From: Ramazzottius varieornatus
Lineage: Eukaryota; Animalia; Tardigrada
DNA: 64,000 bases
Assembly: GCA_001949185.1 (NCBI GenBank)
Contig: BDGG01000002.1
Coordinates: 4,144,448 to 4,208,447 of the forward strand
Direction: 5' to 3'
Part shown: positions 49,520-61,897 of the stretch, piece after piece
Layout of the letters: every line of letters starts with the position of its first letter
How positions within the stretch are numbered: the first letter of the stretch is position 1
The notes under the pieces: generated by a model
The model's input: the letters and a program-made list of their open reading frames with translations, nothing else
Told to the model about the DNA's origin: nothing
Database searches by the model: none
Position numbers and translations under genes: made by a program

Positions 49520-51331
49520 GTGCGACGCAAGCAGATATCAAGCTGGCAAATCTTATCGAAGGTAAGTACAGCTTTCGGAACTCTGTCCTACGAGTGGATT
49601 CTCAAAATTTGGTTTAACGGACACTTTCTCGTTTTAGATCTACTCAGGAGCGCTGCTTTGTCGTCCGAAGATGTGACTACGGAGGAGATCACTTTGGAAT
49701 ACGAGGATGAAGACGAGACGATGGAATTTACTGTAGACCAGATACACGAGATGGCAGAGGATGAACTGGAGCGACGCGAGGAGGAGGCATCGAGTCAGCT
49801 GCCTTCGAGTGGATCGACCTATTATCCCGATAATTCCCAAAGAAAACTCGGAGAGAGAATGTAGAGTTCTCGTACAGACAACGAGCAGTTCAGTTCCGAA
49901 CGTTAGGGAAAGGGAAGAATCGTAAGCTATCGTCCGTTCAGACCCAGTTCAAACGTGTTCCTGATGTTATGACACTTTATCGGTGGAGAAAACAGATAGA
50001 ACAGTGTGGAAGTCGTAACGAAAAGCTGCTTCAGATCCGAATGCGTGTAAGGCAAGAGTTTGATGATATGAAAGAACGAAGAATGATTGTACGCGATCGA
50101 GATATCCGTCGGATGGCGATCCGAATAAACGCAGAAGTTGGGCTGGAAGGGTTCGTCGCATCGGATAGTTGCGTTTACAGGTGGAAGAAGCTTTTCAAGA
50201 TTGTTTGTCGCAGAATAACGAAATTCGTTTCTCGAAATTACGCTTACGAGCTGGACGACATCAGCCAGACAGCAGCCGAATTCGTAGCCAGAGCGAAGCT
50301 GATAACCCTCGCAGCTGACCCGTTATACGTATTCAACATGGATCAAAGCGGTTTCAACTACGAGATGCACGGTGGACGTACTTTGCATTACAGAGGTAAG
50401 CTTTCCTGTGTTATTGGCTAGAAGCGTGCGCCACTTGAGTAAAACGAGCATGTCGAGTTTGTTTGCCGAGCTCCCGAATTCAGTTTGACAGTGAAGACTA
50501 GCTTGGTTTTCGGCCCATGGTAATCGGTGTCTAATCTGTGGTTATTTTTTGCATAGGTGCGTTGATTGTTGAAGCAGCTTTTCAGTCAATTAACTCTACC
50601 ACCCATTCCTACACGATACAACCAATCGTATCGATGAGTGGAGATTGGAAGGTCCCTGTCTGGTTTATGGTGATGCAAGAGTCAACGGAAAGTGCGGACC
50701 TATCATGGCCAAGAAAGTGGAAAGTGTTACCAGGAAGTGCGGTAACGTCTACGTTACAGCGACGTCTTCCGGGAAAAGTTACGAAGGAAATACTACGCGA
50801 AGTTTTTGAGAAAGTGTTCCGGGAACACGTCGACGAGGATATTGTGTTGCTGGTCGTCTCGTTCTCATCCTACAAAGACCCGCAGTTCTTGCAAAACATG
50901 CAGCACAAGGTGGAGTTGCTCACTATTCCACCTAAAACAACTGGACTCATCCAGCCACTTGACATCTGTGGTTTCCGCCCGTGGAAAAGCTATTTCCGGA
51001 TGTGCTCTGAAAGAGTACTGATCGTCAAGATAGACTTCGGGTTTTTTGATAGAGAAACTGTATAATACTTTAATCCTTGATCTTCCGTTAGCTCACTTCT
51101 CCTCGTTACACTAATCTTTGGAAGTACTCTTTTATAAGTCCTGGTACTGTGACGAGAAACCCAATGTGTTCGACGATCCAATCGACTTTGCGTTCCCAAA
51201 AAATTGCGCTCTATTGTAATCAGTGCAAGCCGCGCAAAATAAAGTTCGTTAGATGTTCCTGGTGTAAGGATAACCTGTGTTTTGTCTGCTTTGTGACTGA
51301 CTATCATAACTGTGAAAATTCTGTACCGTAG
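49520..51331 (+). pseudogene. Transposase (CENP-B HTH plus DDE_1 plus C-terminal Cys/His finger), intron-containing and disrupted
   Basis: GFVASDSCVYRWKKLF, VFNMDQSG, intron about 50396-50555, TTHSYTIQP, IPPKTTGLIQPLD and CNQC..RCSWC..LCFVCF..YHNC. Frameshifts are present and the second catalytic Asp position reads LLVVSF. Confidence 0.85.
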
Positions 51332-52784
51332 ATCCGGTTTGTGACAGTTTGTCTTTTCGTCTTGTATCGATTCGTTTTCAGTTTGAATACTTAGGAGTCG
51401 GAAATTCATTTTTTTTGGGAACCAGTTTATTGTGTTTCCTTGTATTTTGGATTAATAAACGGTACTCCTCAATTTTCTGCAGAGCCTGGAAGTGGTCATC
51501 TGCCATTCTTCCCCATACTTCGTAGAGAGCGAAGAGTCTCAGCTATCTTGTGAAAGCATTGATATCGTGATCGGCGACTAACATGGTCTGAATGGTCCCT
51601 CGTCAGAGTCCAAGTCAACTGTGCTTAATTGTGACTTGGGTTGTCCGGTAACATCTGACGTCATGCGCAACACCGCTCCGATACTAGTAACGAGTTTCGA
51701 TGCGTCATGTTGGATGACATGAACATCTGTCATTCTACTTCCGATTTCCGAAGTTCCGGCACTCTGGTTCCGGTTACGGGTTACCGTACAACGGTATCGT
51801 ACTATCACAGTGATTGCGACCTCAGCTTCCGCCGAGTGCAGAACCCGACGGGACCATGGTCTTCGTCATAATCTCCTAAGATTCTACACGTTCAGAAGCT
51901 TAGATGATCATTTCGTGTGAGGGAAAGTACCTTCTGCTCAACCGGACATTATGGCTGCGGTTCGTCGTCTTGCACAGGCCGCGCAGACCTGGTCTGCTAA
52001 CGGTCTCATAATTATGCGGAGATGTGTATCCACTCGCATCATGGAGAAAGCTGCTTCCTCGTCCGAGGCAATAGTCCTTCAAGACAAGCACCTTCCGGAT
52101 TCCTGCAGGATCTCAAACACCGGTTCCCGATGTCGCTACCGCTGAGGAATAGATTTTATATCCAGTGCGTTTCCTTGCTTCGAGGAGCGAAACTAAAGAG
52201 CTACCACAGCAGGCTGGGGTATCTGACCTCTAACCCTCCAGAAGACCCTATTCCATATGCGAGAGATCTCACGGCAGAGGGAAATACGGCAGAGGAAGGG
52301 GATGGACGACGAGAAAATCATCAAGGAACGGTGCCGCGAACAATCGGTGGTTTGCCCAGTTTGACTCCCAATGTGGAGCTGTGTGATGAAATCTAGCATT
52401 TTGTTTCTTTCGAGTCAGAGAAGGATTTCGGATATGGCAGAAAGCAATGTTGGGGACGGTAAACTGCTCGATAGATAGATAATTTGAGCCGGGAGCCATT
52501 ACTCAGCAGACCTTCCGGGCACGTCATACTTCGTGCAGCGTACACCACCGACAGTCCTAATGGAAAGTAAGTGTAAGATGGCTTCGAACTTCATTGTTCG
52601 ATTTTCCTGGATAACGTAAATTACGAAAAGTCATATTATGGTTGTTCTTCGAGATGAGTGAATTAAGTCTTGTGAGTTGATCTAATTCACAAGAGTGATT
52701 CTATGTCTTTTGAACTTCCGCTTCCGGTTGATGTAGTTATGGCCATCGTCTCTTTGATATGATTTAAGAGGGATATCCTAAAGA

Positions 52785-55414
52785 ATGGTCGTCACATTCC
52801 CCACCACCAGCAGGACATCTCGCTACGAAGCCGCACGAGCAAGACGCGCTCGAGCCAATTCAGCAGACTCCACCGTGACCACCACCGATTCGTGGGACAT
52901 TCCCACGGAGCATGAAACCGCAAAGTCCCTAGTGGACTATTCGGACCGGCCGGCCTTCGCCGATGATCTCATGGAAAATGCTTCCCTCATGCCGTTCCCT
53001 CTTCGACGTTCCTTCAGCTTTCAAGGCTCTTCGGGACTTCGCTCCCGCTACTTGGCCACGATGAAACCACACATCTATCGGCACCCGGAAGACCAATGGG
53101 AAGTTGAATCGTTGAGCTTCAGAAAGCTGTCCTCTCACCAAAAGAGAACCTTGTCACTCATATGGCTGGCTAAAATTTCCTATTACTTTGCTCTTGGGAT
53201 GATGCCCATAGTGCTTCCGTCAGCCGTAAGTACATATTCACAGCAGCTTTCAAACGTAGAAAGGCTCTCCACTTAGCTCTTTTGTAGCTTGAAGCACAGG
53301 GATTCTCAACACTGGCTACGGGAACTATCTTTGCGATATGGGGACTCACGACGGTGATAACATGGCCACTCTGGCAGATGGCGGTAGGTGACTAAAGTTT
53401 GAATGAGTGAGAAGCATTTCGTTTTATATTAGGGCTTGCTTCTCGTAGGTTCCTCGCCTCGGGACAAAAAACACATTTAATTTGGGCTTATTTCTCACCG
53501 GAACCTCTTTCGTACTTTTCGGGTGCGTTGTCAGTTGTTGTATATCTCTTTCTGCTACGTTATTGATAGTACGTTGTTTCGACTTGCAGAAGTCTTCACT
53601 GGGAACAAGATGCACTGCGGTACATCATTCTGGCGGCCGTGTTTCGGGCGGTAGAAGGCATAGGGTTTGCAGGTAAGCTACCCGCTCAATGTTTCTGGCT
53701 CAAAGAAGGATGAATTTCAACGGATTGTTTTCGTAGCTCTTGAAGTAGCGATAACAGCGAAGCTCTTGGTGGAGTTCCCGAGGAACGAAAGCGGAGTTTA
53801 TGTAAACCATTAGTCAGCGTCATACTATCGGGCATCGTTTTTCTTACGTTAACGGATCATACTCAAAGCGTCGTTCTGTTCACAGGGCAGCGCGCTCAAC
53901 TGTGTTGGGGTCGGCCTGACTCTCGGAAGCTGCCTGGCTGGAGCGCTTTATTATGTTCGTGGTTGGTTTGTTGTTCAAATGGTTATACGTCAAAAAGTCT
54001 GGTCTGTTGTATCCGTTGTCAGGTGGCCGACGTTGCAGCGACCTTCTTGACATGTGGACTGCTCTTGTTCGTTGTGGGGTTTGTCTCCATTTGCTTCCTT
54101 GAGCGAAGACCATTCACCTGTAAGTCTGCCAGATATTATAGCAGAACGTTCGCAAAATCGTACAGTAAGTTGAAGTTTTCCCTTTCCTATCACCTAGGGT
54201 CGTTGTTCAGTGATTCTACCAAGAAGAGAAGGAAGTTCCGAAGAAACATCTCGCTGTATGGAGCGACCACCATGTTCTTCTTCGCTGTCCTGGCTCTTGC
54301 CGCCCTGCAGACCATCATAGAGCCGCACATCCGGACGGTTCGGGCTTAAGACTCTTTTCACATTCAAAATTCGAAATTTATAATGCGTCTTTGCAGATAT
54401 TTGGCTCGCATTACACGGTGGAAGGAATTATCCTCGCCTTGATTCCATTGTCTTTCTCATTCGGTGTCGCCCTCTGGCAGTGGCTAATCACGCACGACTT
54501 CATCTGTGGTCTGGAATGCTCAAACATAACGGGCATCTTCCTGGCTGGATTCATCTTCCTCTTTACCGGTCCCGTAAAAGCATTCAATATTCCAGCAAAG
54601 TAAGTGTCATCCTTCCGTACGCATATGAGGTTCTGTACTAAATGCCGGGACTTTGTATCTGACTCCCCTTTCTGCAGTTTGCTTTGGCTGGACCTTTTAT
54701 GCTTCCTGGGTCTTGGCGGAACCGCCAGCATGGTCTTCGCCGCCACATTCCACACCTTTCTCGAATGCGCAGAGTAAGCTGACTGGCCGGTAGATCTTAG
54801 GGGAAGAAGCTACATTTTTATCGCCTTGTCATATTCCCAGAGCGAAGAAACTGAACAAACTTGCGGCATACTCTACGACCACAAGCGTTATTGTCATAAC
54901 GCAAGCCTTGGGGTAAGCTGTCTGTTTCAAAACCCAAGTCCATCGAAATATGAGAAGAGACACATGATAATTCCAGCATAAGGAGGACATGAGCAAAACC
55001 ACGGTTGATTTTCTTCGGTATTTTAGCACGATAGTTGGTGCACCGCTTGGGGGGTTTCTCAACTGGTACTTGGACTTCCAGCTGGCTACCGCCATCATCG
55101 CTTCCATCCTCTTTGGAGCCTGCCTCATAGGAGCGATCTTCTCGGTGGTCAGAGTCGTTGTTAAGATGCGCCGCTTGAAAAGAATGGCGGGACATCATCT
55201 AGCACGGATAGAGCGGGCAAAGCGAAGCGGAAGATCTTCAAGAGCTCAACTCGTGGGCGGGTCTTTGGCTCGAAAAACCACTGCTGCTCTACAAAATATC
55301 CGAATAAATAATTTTCGCTATTCCGCAAATGTGGGACAGTTCATCGCAGATGATCATCCACTACTCGAACATTCTGTCAGTCAGAAACATCGTAGTTATG
55401 GGACTTATCTGTAG
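52785..55414 (+). CDS. MFS-type multi-pass membrane transporter (SLC18B1-like), divergent, multi-exon
   Basis: Successive short exons encode hydrophobic helices (LIWLAKISYYFALGMMPIVLP, GLFLTGTSFVLFG, RAVEGIG, VGAPLGGFL) between hydrophilic N- and C-termini. Confidence 0.6.
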
Positions 55415-55958
55415 ATTTACCGACCAAAGAACTTTTCGCATTTTATGCCCACATTCCATCATTTTTCTCCCGAATTACAAAAATGGAATTCAGTGTGAGT
55501 ACAACGGTCAGAATTTTATTGCAGCAATATTTCTGGTAAAACTGAAATACATCTCCGTACAAAACATAAAAGACTAAAAAACAGAAGCACAGTCGCTCGT
55601 AGCGAGTAAAAAGTGTGTGAAGGGTGAGGAAGACATGGTAAAAGATCACAGGTTAAATCAATCTCGTCTCCTTTTGAGCATATACAGCTTACCATCACTG
55701 CAATCCCGCATAGAAGGAGAATGCCACAAGAGCCATTAATACCAGTTTGCTGCTTTACTGGACATTATTTATTCTTGCCCGCAGCTAGCATAACATCAAA
55801 GGAAAAAAGCTTGCAAAGCTGAACACAAACGGGCCGTCAGAAAAATATAACAGGAGGAAAAGTCGAAGCTCACTATCCGGCTTTTCATGTAAAGCAGAAG
55901 TTTGCGATCGTCATGGGGCTATTGGTTAACCAGTAGCGCAGAATCTCAAGAGAGATTT

Positions 55959-58783
55959 CTATTTTCCGCGACGGAAGGAGGAACTGGGGGCTGTTGGGAA
56001 ATCGTCCATGTCGATGTTAAGTCCTGTAAAATCAAGGTACTAATGAAAACGAAAGTGGGACGCCACTGGTGACACCGACAAAGAGGTAGGCGACTGGCGA
56101 GCAACTCTTGCACTTTTCTTTATTAGGCACCTGCATACATGAAACTGTCCAACTGCCACAACCAGCAGTATGCAGGTACACGTGAAAAGATTACCTGAAC
56201 CATCCGTCACGTACCTACATACCGCCAACCCGATTACAAATACGTAAACTGTGTATGCAGGTGCGGGGCTCTACAGACAAGTTCGTCTTACCTATATCGA
56301 AGTTATGCATGTTGAAAGGATCCGCATTCGCTGCGACGGGATTAACCACTGGGGTCGCCGGTGCCGCTTTGACTTCTTCTTTTTTCTCGGTAGCAAGAGT
56401 GGCCGTTCCATTGAGTGTCTTCTTGTGGACCAGCAGTGGAGTACCCCAACGACGTGTGAAAGGATCATCCGCCACCCTTTCCGCATCGCGCTTCTCCTTG
56501 TCCGCGTTAGTCAACGCCTTTCCCAAGGCCTCAATGGCCGAGTTCCTGTTACGCTTGTTGATGGCATCGATCTTCGTCTGACCTTTATGACGAGGTTCAT
56601 GGCGTTCTGAGTTCTGGGTGTCGATACTACGGAGCTCCTCGATAATCGATGCCAACATGGCATCATCGCCGAGCCCTTCAAAAGTTCAACATTAACCTTA
56701 TTTCCACCGTTGGATACTGTTGCTATTTTTTTCCAGGAAAATTTAATGTTGCTTCAGAATTCTGTTGTACTTATATTTACAGTGGTCGGGACCTGGGCAA
56801 ACCAAGTCGACCGGATCGGTACACTCAAGTGGCGCACGCTTCCAGCCACTAACACTGGGCACGTGCGCCACTTGGGGAGACAATTCTGTCGAGTTTGGGG
56901 GGCTTTGCGTTGCAGTATGCAGGCTTCCATATTGCCAGTTCTTCCGGAATCCTCGTAAGATAGCCTTCTCTTGGTGTGAACGAAAGTGTGGTTAAACTTC
57001 TCTTGCCTTCGGCTAAAGCTTTTGACTTGAGTAGTTCGGCTTTTCTCATAGCCAAGTTCTGTGGCTTCATGCCCAGTTTCTCCTTGGCAGCGACCATGAC
57101 GGTGATGTCGGCGTCTGTCATCCGGTAGGTATTAGCCCGCTTGATGTCCATCAGCTTTCGCTCGACGTGCTCCTGGGTCGGCAACGAGAGATCCTTCTCC
57201 AGCATCTTATTTTTAAAGTCTTCGAACTCGGCTTCTGTCAGGGGCTGATTGGAGAGGAACGTCAGGTTCATCTGACGCTCTCTTTCGAACACCCTACAAA
57301 AGAAACAAAAACATGCAGGTTTCAAATAGAAATCCAAACAACAAACACTCTCTTCCATTGGCGATAAACTCGGCCTCATAAACTAGCAACAAGAAGACTT
57401 ACCTGAGTCTTAGCATAACGTTCGTCTTGACGAAATCCTTTGCGCCACCTTCCCCTTTGAGTTCATAAGGTTTCGGAGATTCCAAAACGCCCAGGATTTC
57501 TGCGATCTATAAAAGCAAGAAACCTGAATACAACACTAAACGGGAAAGAAGCTTTCATACCAACTGAAGAACGTCAGCGTGTAACATACTCTATATACAG
57601 GTTGACCATTGACCATGTTATCCCCAAAGTTGACTCTAACGAAACATCCTTTGACGGCATCCGCGAAGAACGGCAAGTATATCCACTTGGCAATGCGGAA
57701 CCTCGACAGACGAATCCTTTCCAAATCTGCCATGTTTTTAATGGGTTCTAGTCTATGATCCTTCTCCTCTTCTTTCTCTTCCTTTTGAGACTCATCACTG
57801 TCAGACTCATCCGAAGAAGTATCCACCTTCTTCCTCTCGACATCCCTCAGATTCTCTTCATCGTCCGAGTCAGTATCATGGCGTTCCTTCTTGATGGTTT
57901 TAGCTGCTGCCTTCTTCTTCTCTTGATCAGCAACTCGATTAAGTTTCGCTTCCCGAGCAGCGCGAAGATTCTCGATGGCCTTCGCCTTCGTATCCTTCTT
58001 GCCTAAATTGATGCCAACCATTACCTCTGCACAATTCCGGCTAACTTCTGTCTGAACGTTCGAAGTCCACGTTCTTATCAAACTCGCTACGACCTTTCCT
58101 GAGTTTTAAGTATAGTTTTTACCTTCGACCATCAAGCGTCTTTCTTTGCTGCGCGCACTCGTGTCGTCCACCGCGCCACCTTTGATATTTCCTCCAGTCT
58201 TCTGTCGCATCTTCAGCTTCTTCTCCAACTCAAAGCGGCGTTTGAGCACTTCTCGGTGCTCCAGACGTTTGAAAATTTCTTGTTCGCGTTCACGCTCAGT
58301 CATCGTACTGAGCCGTTCACGGTCGGCTTCATCACCGATGAGATTCTCGTCGTACCCATCGTCAAACTCGGGCTCTTCATCGGTACTTTCATCACTCACT
58401 TCACCTGCAACAGCCGATCTACAAAACCACTCCGCAAGCGGTAACATTGCCAGTTTAGAAGTACCTTCTTCAACGTCATCTTCTGAAGATGGTTTTCCAT
58501 TCTTTCGACCAGTTTCTTTTCCATTCTTCTTATTCCTCTGTAAGGACGAAAGACGAGCATTCGGTTACAGTGAAGGCAGACGTTGTGTTTCGGTCCTCAC
58601 CTTTTCGTCATCGGAGTTCTCTTCTTCAGAGCTGGAGGAGTGGATGTTGCTGGTTTTAATCTTCTTTGCTCGAAGGCGAGCCTTCATTGGCTCATCCTTA
58701 GTGTCGGTGTCATCTGGCCCATCATCGTCCGAGCTGGACGAGCGAACACGCTTCTTCTCGTCAGTCTCCCCTACGTCAGACAT
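55959..58783 (-). CDS. RTF1: RNA polymerase-associated protein RTF1 (Paf1 complex), multi-exon
   Basis: [35 protein letters not shown] (HMD), Plus3 domain [28 protein letters not shown]...[23 protein letters not shown] and [10 protein letters not shown]. Confidence 0.95.
56824..56876. repeat. Copy of the ~52-bp hairpin element family (RTF1 intron)
   Basis: ctcaagtggcgcacgcttccag...ctgggcacgtgcgccacttggg. Confidence 0.85.
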
Positions 58784-59367
58784 GTCTCACGGCTCCCCAG
58801 AATCTGTAAACAAGCCACACTAGTATTTTAGAAGGTGCGCAAGCATGCTCACAAGGTCCGTGAATGTATGGCTTACCAATCCAGGCGCAGACTGTATCTT
58901 GTCACAAAGTCGCTCGTCCCCCTGGCACAGTGACTGATCTAGTCCCGAAAGCACTCCTAAAAACCAAGAGACGGAAGACAGGATGAGGTTGGGAACTTGG
59001 GACTTGGGAAAAGGATTTTCTCCAGACTCAAGAACACTTGAGAACAGTGAACTGCCTTTGAACTGAAGGTTGCATGATCCATTTTGGTTGAATGGATTAT
59101 GGAAGCATGCGCGATGACGTCATGGGCTAACCCGACGCGATAGGCGCATCGGTTCGGTCTGTACCGAAGACACGCCCAGTACGAGCCACGAACAACTGAA
59201 AATCAATTTATTGTTGTGGTTTTCCTCCCGTCCGCCATTCCTTCATTAATTTTCCCTGCTCGACATTCCAAATCCGCATTGACGTACTCCTTATACAAAC
59301 CTTTGCTCCCGGTTATACTTTAACCTCGATTCAAGTGCCCAGGATCAAGAACAGCAATTGAGGAAAC

Positions 59368-59640
59368 ATGCCTTCATCTGGCGACAAGGGAGGATCAGGG
59401 GACCAAGAGATCCAGCCATCGGACGAGTTGGCCCATGTAGCTGTTGATGCTCACGATGCTTGGTCATATCCTCGCATCAGCGCTTACAGCATGAAGTCTC
59501 ACTCCTTTTACGACCGTCTGCAGCTATCCATGGACGATTTGAGCTACAGCGACTGGGGTGGATTGATAGCTCTCATCGCTTCCAGCTGGGCCATCTGTGG
59601 ACTCATCGTCTACATCACCATGTTTTTCCCGCACATGTGA
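59368..59640 (+). CDS. Small hypothetical protein (90 aa) with a C-terminal transmembrane segment
   Basis: ATG in good context, divergent from RTF1, hydrophobic tail WGGLIALIASSWAICGLIVYITMFF. No homolog recognised. Confidence 0.45.
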   Translation: MPSSGDKGGSGDQEIQPSDELAHVAVDAHDAWSYPRISAYSMKSHSFYDRLQLSMDDLSYSDWGGLIALIASSWAICGLIVYITMFFPHM

Positions 59641-60430
59641 AGCTCCGCGGGTACAGAATATCTCACTTCATACTTGACATTTTCACAAAGATCTTAGATT
59701 AATTCTCTTTCCATGACACGAATATATCCAGATTTTTATGTTTCGTATAAAGTGGTGCCAAAAATGTCCGTAATTCCTTTTTTTCTTCTGCGCAGGATAA
59801 GTTTTCCGTATCCTTTGATACTGCCGTGCGGCACAGGTTTTAACTTTCGAAAAGTATGTATGCACAGGAATAAAGACTTTCGCTATCGGAGACTGGACTT
59901 TTTGCTCTCTGCACAGGGCGACATTCTAAAAGTAGTTTTCCGCCTGTTTTCGTGTGGTTAAGTCGGAAACATCTACGGCTAGGAGTACTGATCGTCAGGA
60001 TATCCCTTCCGTCGTCGGTTGTTCTGTCGGGAATCGGAAAGAGTTACCTTCTGCATTTAATAATATGCGGTGTTATCGCTGCTTTGTGTAGTTACTTTGG
60101 TGGATCAAGTCTTCGAGCCAAAGATAGGAGGCAATAAACAGGAAGAAAACGTCACGAAAAAGTGCGATTTATTTTGCAAACTGATCGTCAACTTGCAAGA
60201 AATCCGGAAACACTCCTCCTTTACGCTGTTCGAGGAGCATTCCAGCGACACTCGGGAAGGCTACGGTTCCGGATGCTAATAATTGCGAGAATCTCTTCTG
60301 CCGTAGGAGGCAAAAGATTATTCGTTCCGGATCCGATTTCTTTCCGAGAGCGCACAAGCAAGACTGCGGTGCCACCCTAACATCCTTTTCACATGTAAAG
60401 AATAATTATTCGTCTGTAATAACTTAATGT

Positions 60431-60503
60431 GGGGATGTAGCTCAGATGGTAGAGCGCCCGCTTAGCATGCGGGAGGTAGGGGGATCGATACCCTCCATCT
60501 CCA
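60431..60503 (+). tRNA. tRNA-Ala: tRNA-Ala (anticodon AGC)
   Basis: GGGGATGTAGCTCAGATGGTAGAGCG-CCCGC-TTAGCAT-GCGGG-AGGTAGGGGGATCGATACCCTCCATCTCCA. G3:U70 pair, eukaryotic Ala-type GATCG T-arm. Confidence 0.97.
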
Positions 60504-60504
60504 G

Positions 60505-60509
60505 TTTTT
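60505..60509 (+). terminator. Pol III terminator (T5)
   Basis: TTTTT immediately downstream of the tRNA. Confidence 0.75.
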
Positions 60510-61897
60510 GCAGATGTTTCAGTTCATTTGTTTTCAGGTCCTCGAGTGCTTCTGGATAATCTGCCAATGTTCAGATGTTCTCCAAGGAAATAACCGTGGC
60601 AGATAGTATAAGGTCTCTCAGTATGAAATTGCCGTTTTTTAGGGTCGGGCTTCAAAACTCGTTTCAAGGTCGTAACATGACTTTTTAAGTTCAACTGATG
60701 TCCAACTCTACTGACGAGGTCTTCTCGTTTTTTTTCGAATAAGATCCACTCGGAAAGTTAAGAATGGGACGTAGGAAGAATTCTAGGATAATAGCAACGC
60801 ATATCAAACCAGGATCACTTTACGAATTTTTTGCCGCACGGTCAGCTGCACCATCACACCGGCAACAGTGTCATTTAGTAGTAAGATCTTTGATCTATCA
60901 GTGCCGTTAAAGAAACCAGGAAGGTATTCCTTCGGGGTTTTCGAAGAGAAGTTGTTGAAAAGGAGGTAGTGAATTGCCGACGAACACGTGCGCCAGTTTA
61001 GTGGGGCAATGAGTTTTTCCCGATTTCTTCGGTCGTATTGTTGATGAGTTTAAGCAACGAGGCTCTCGGTCAGTGTTTCAAGGTGTCTTCAATCACTGTG
61101 TGAAGTTTAAAAAATCTGGTCTGCCCAGGCCGCGGGAAGAAGAAATTTTTGTCGACAAACCTAAGGTTTTTTAGCTCTGTTTTTCCACCTGGAAGTTTTC
61201 CGAAGAGGACATGCTTTGTCAAAAAAGAAACAGGCAACCGATAGCCTTCTTGTTGGTGTACGTTCCCACGTCAAGTGTATAATTTCAGAAGCGCTGTTGG
61301 CGACATGAGAATTTTTCTAACAAGGACGTCATAATTTTCAGATTTTCGCCACAGACACAAACAGCTCCAGCAATTTATCGTGAGGCTGGAGTGGAGCTCC
61401 CTTATGCTTAGACGAAAGACGACACCTTATGCTATGCTCATTAAAAGAGAGGGGATCGAAATATTGCTTCTGACCAGAGATAGAACTGTTTGAAATAAGC
61501 GTTCGGAGAACGGCAATTTTGTACTGAAAGACCTTATACCATTGTCACGGAATTTCTGATGTATAATAAATGTGATCACCAGGATTTGTGAGCGGAGCTA
61601 CGTAGGCGGTAGCGAGTGGGAAACAGCAGAGGGAAAAACCGCGAACCGGAGCGCCGAAAATTTCACTTGATGATTATTACATTCACATGATATTCTTCTG
61701 CTACTAGTATTAAACCATAAAAAGATTCCGTTTAGCGGAAAAAAAACCAGGAATATAACAAAATTAACATTCAGGGATTCGGAAATTCCCGTACAACGAA
61801 CGTATTATGAAGTTAGTAGAGCTCCATAACCGACGACTGTGGCTATCAAACTGGTTATTGAAACATCAACCTCAGTCGTTCCCTGGATCTCAGACAC

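Larger units (their letters stand above)
49026..51602 (+). mobile_element. Tc4/Tc5-like (pogo-related) DNA transposon, about 2.58 kb, with ~228-bp TIRs and a TCA target duplication
   Basis: TIRs 49026-49253 and 51374-51602 are near-perfect reverse complements (2 substitutions and 1 indel seen). Flanks are c-TCA|element|TCA-g. Confidence 0.93.

Noticed and set aside
49024-51604. Classification as a TA-duplicating mariner because the TIR starts with CGAGG
   Set aside because: Both flanks are TCA rather than TA, and the transposase is CENP-B/DDE_1 type.
58146-58823. Long plus-strand ORF of 225 aa and similar antisense ORFs (e.g. 12952-13569, 42538-43056)
   Set aside because: Shadow frames opposite real exons, with no recognisable motifs.
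60520-61800. Possible ncRNA or further tRNAs downstream of tRNA-Ala
   Set aside because: No A/B box pair, cloverleaf or snRNA signature recognised.
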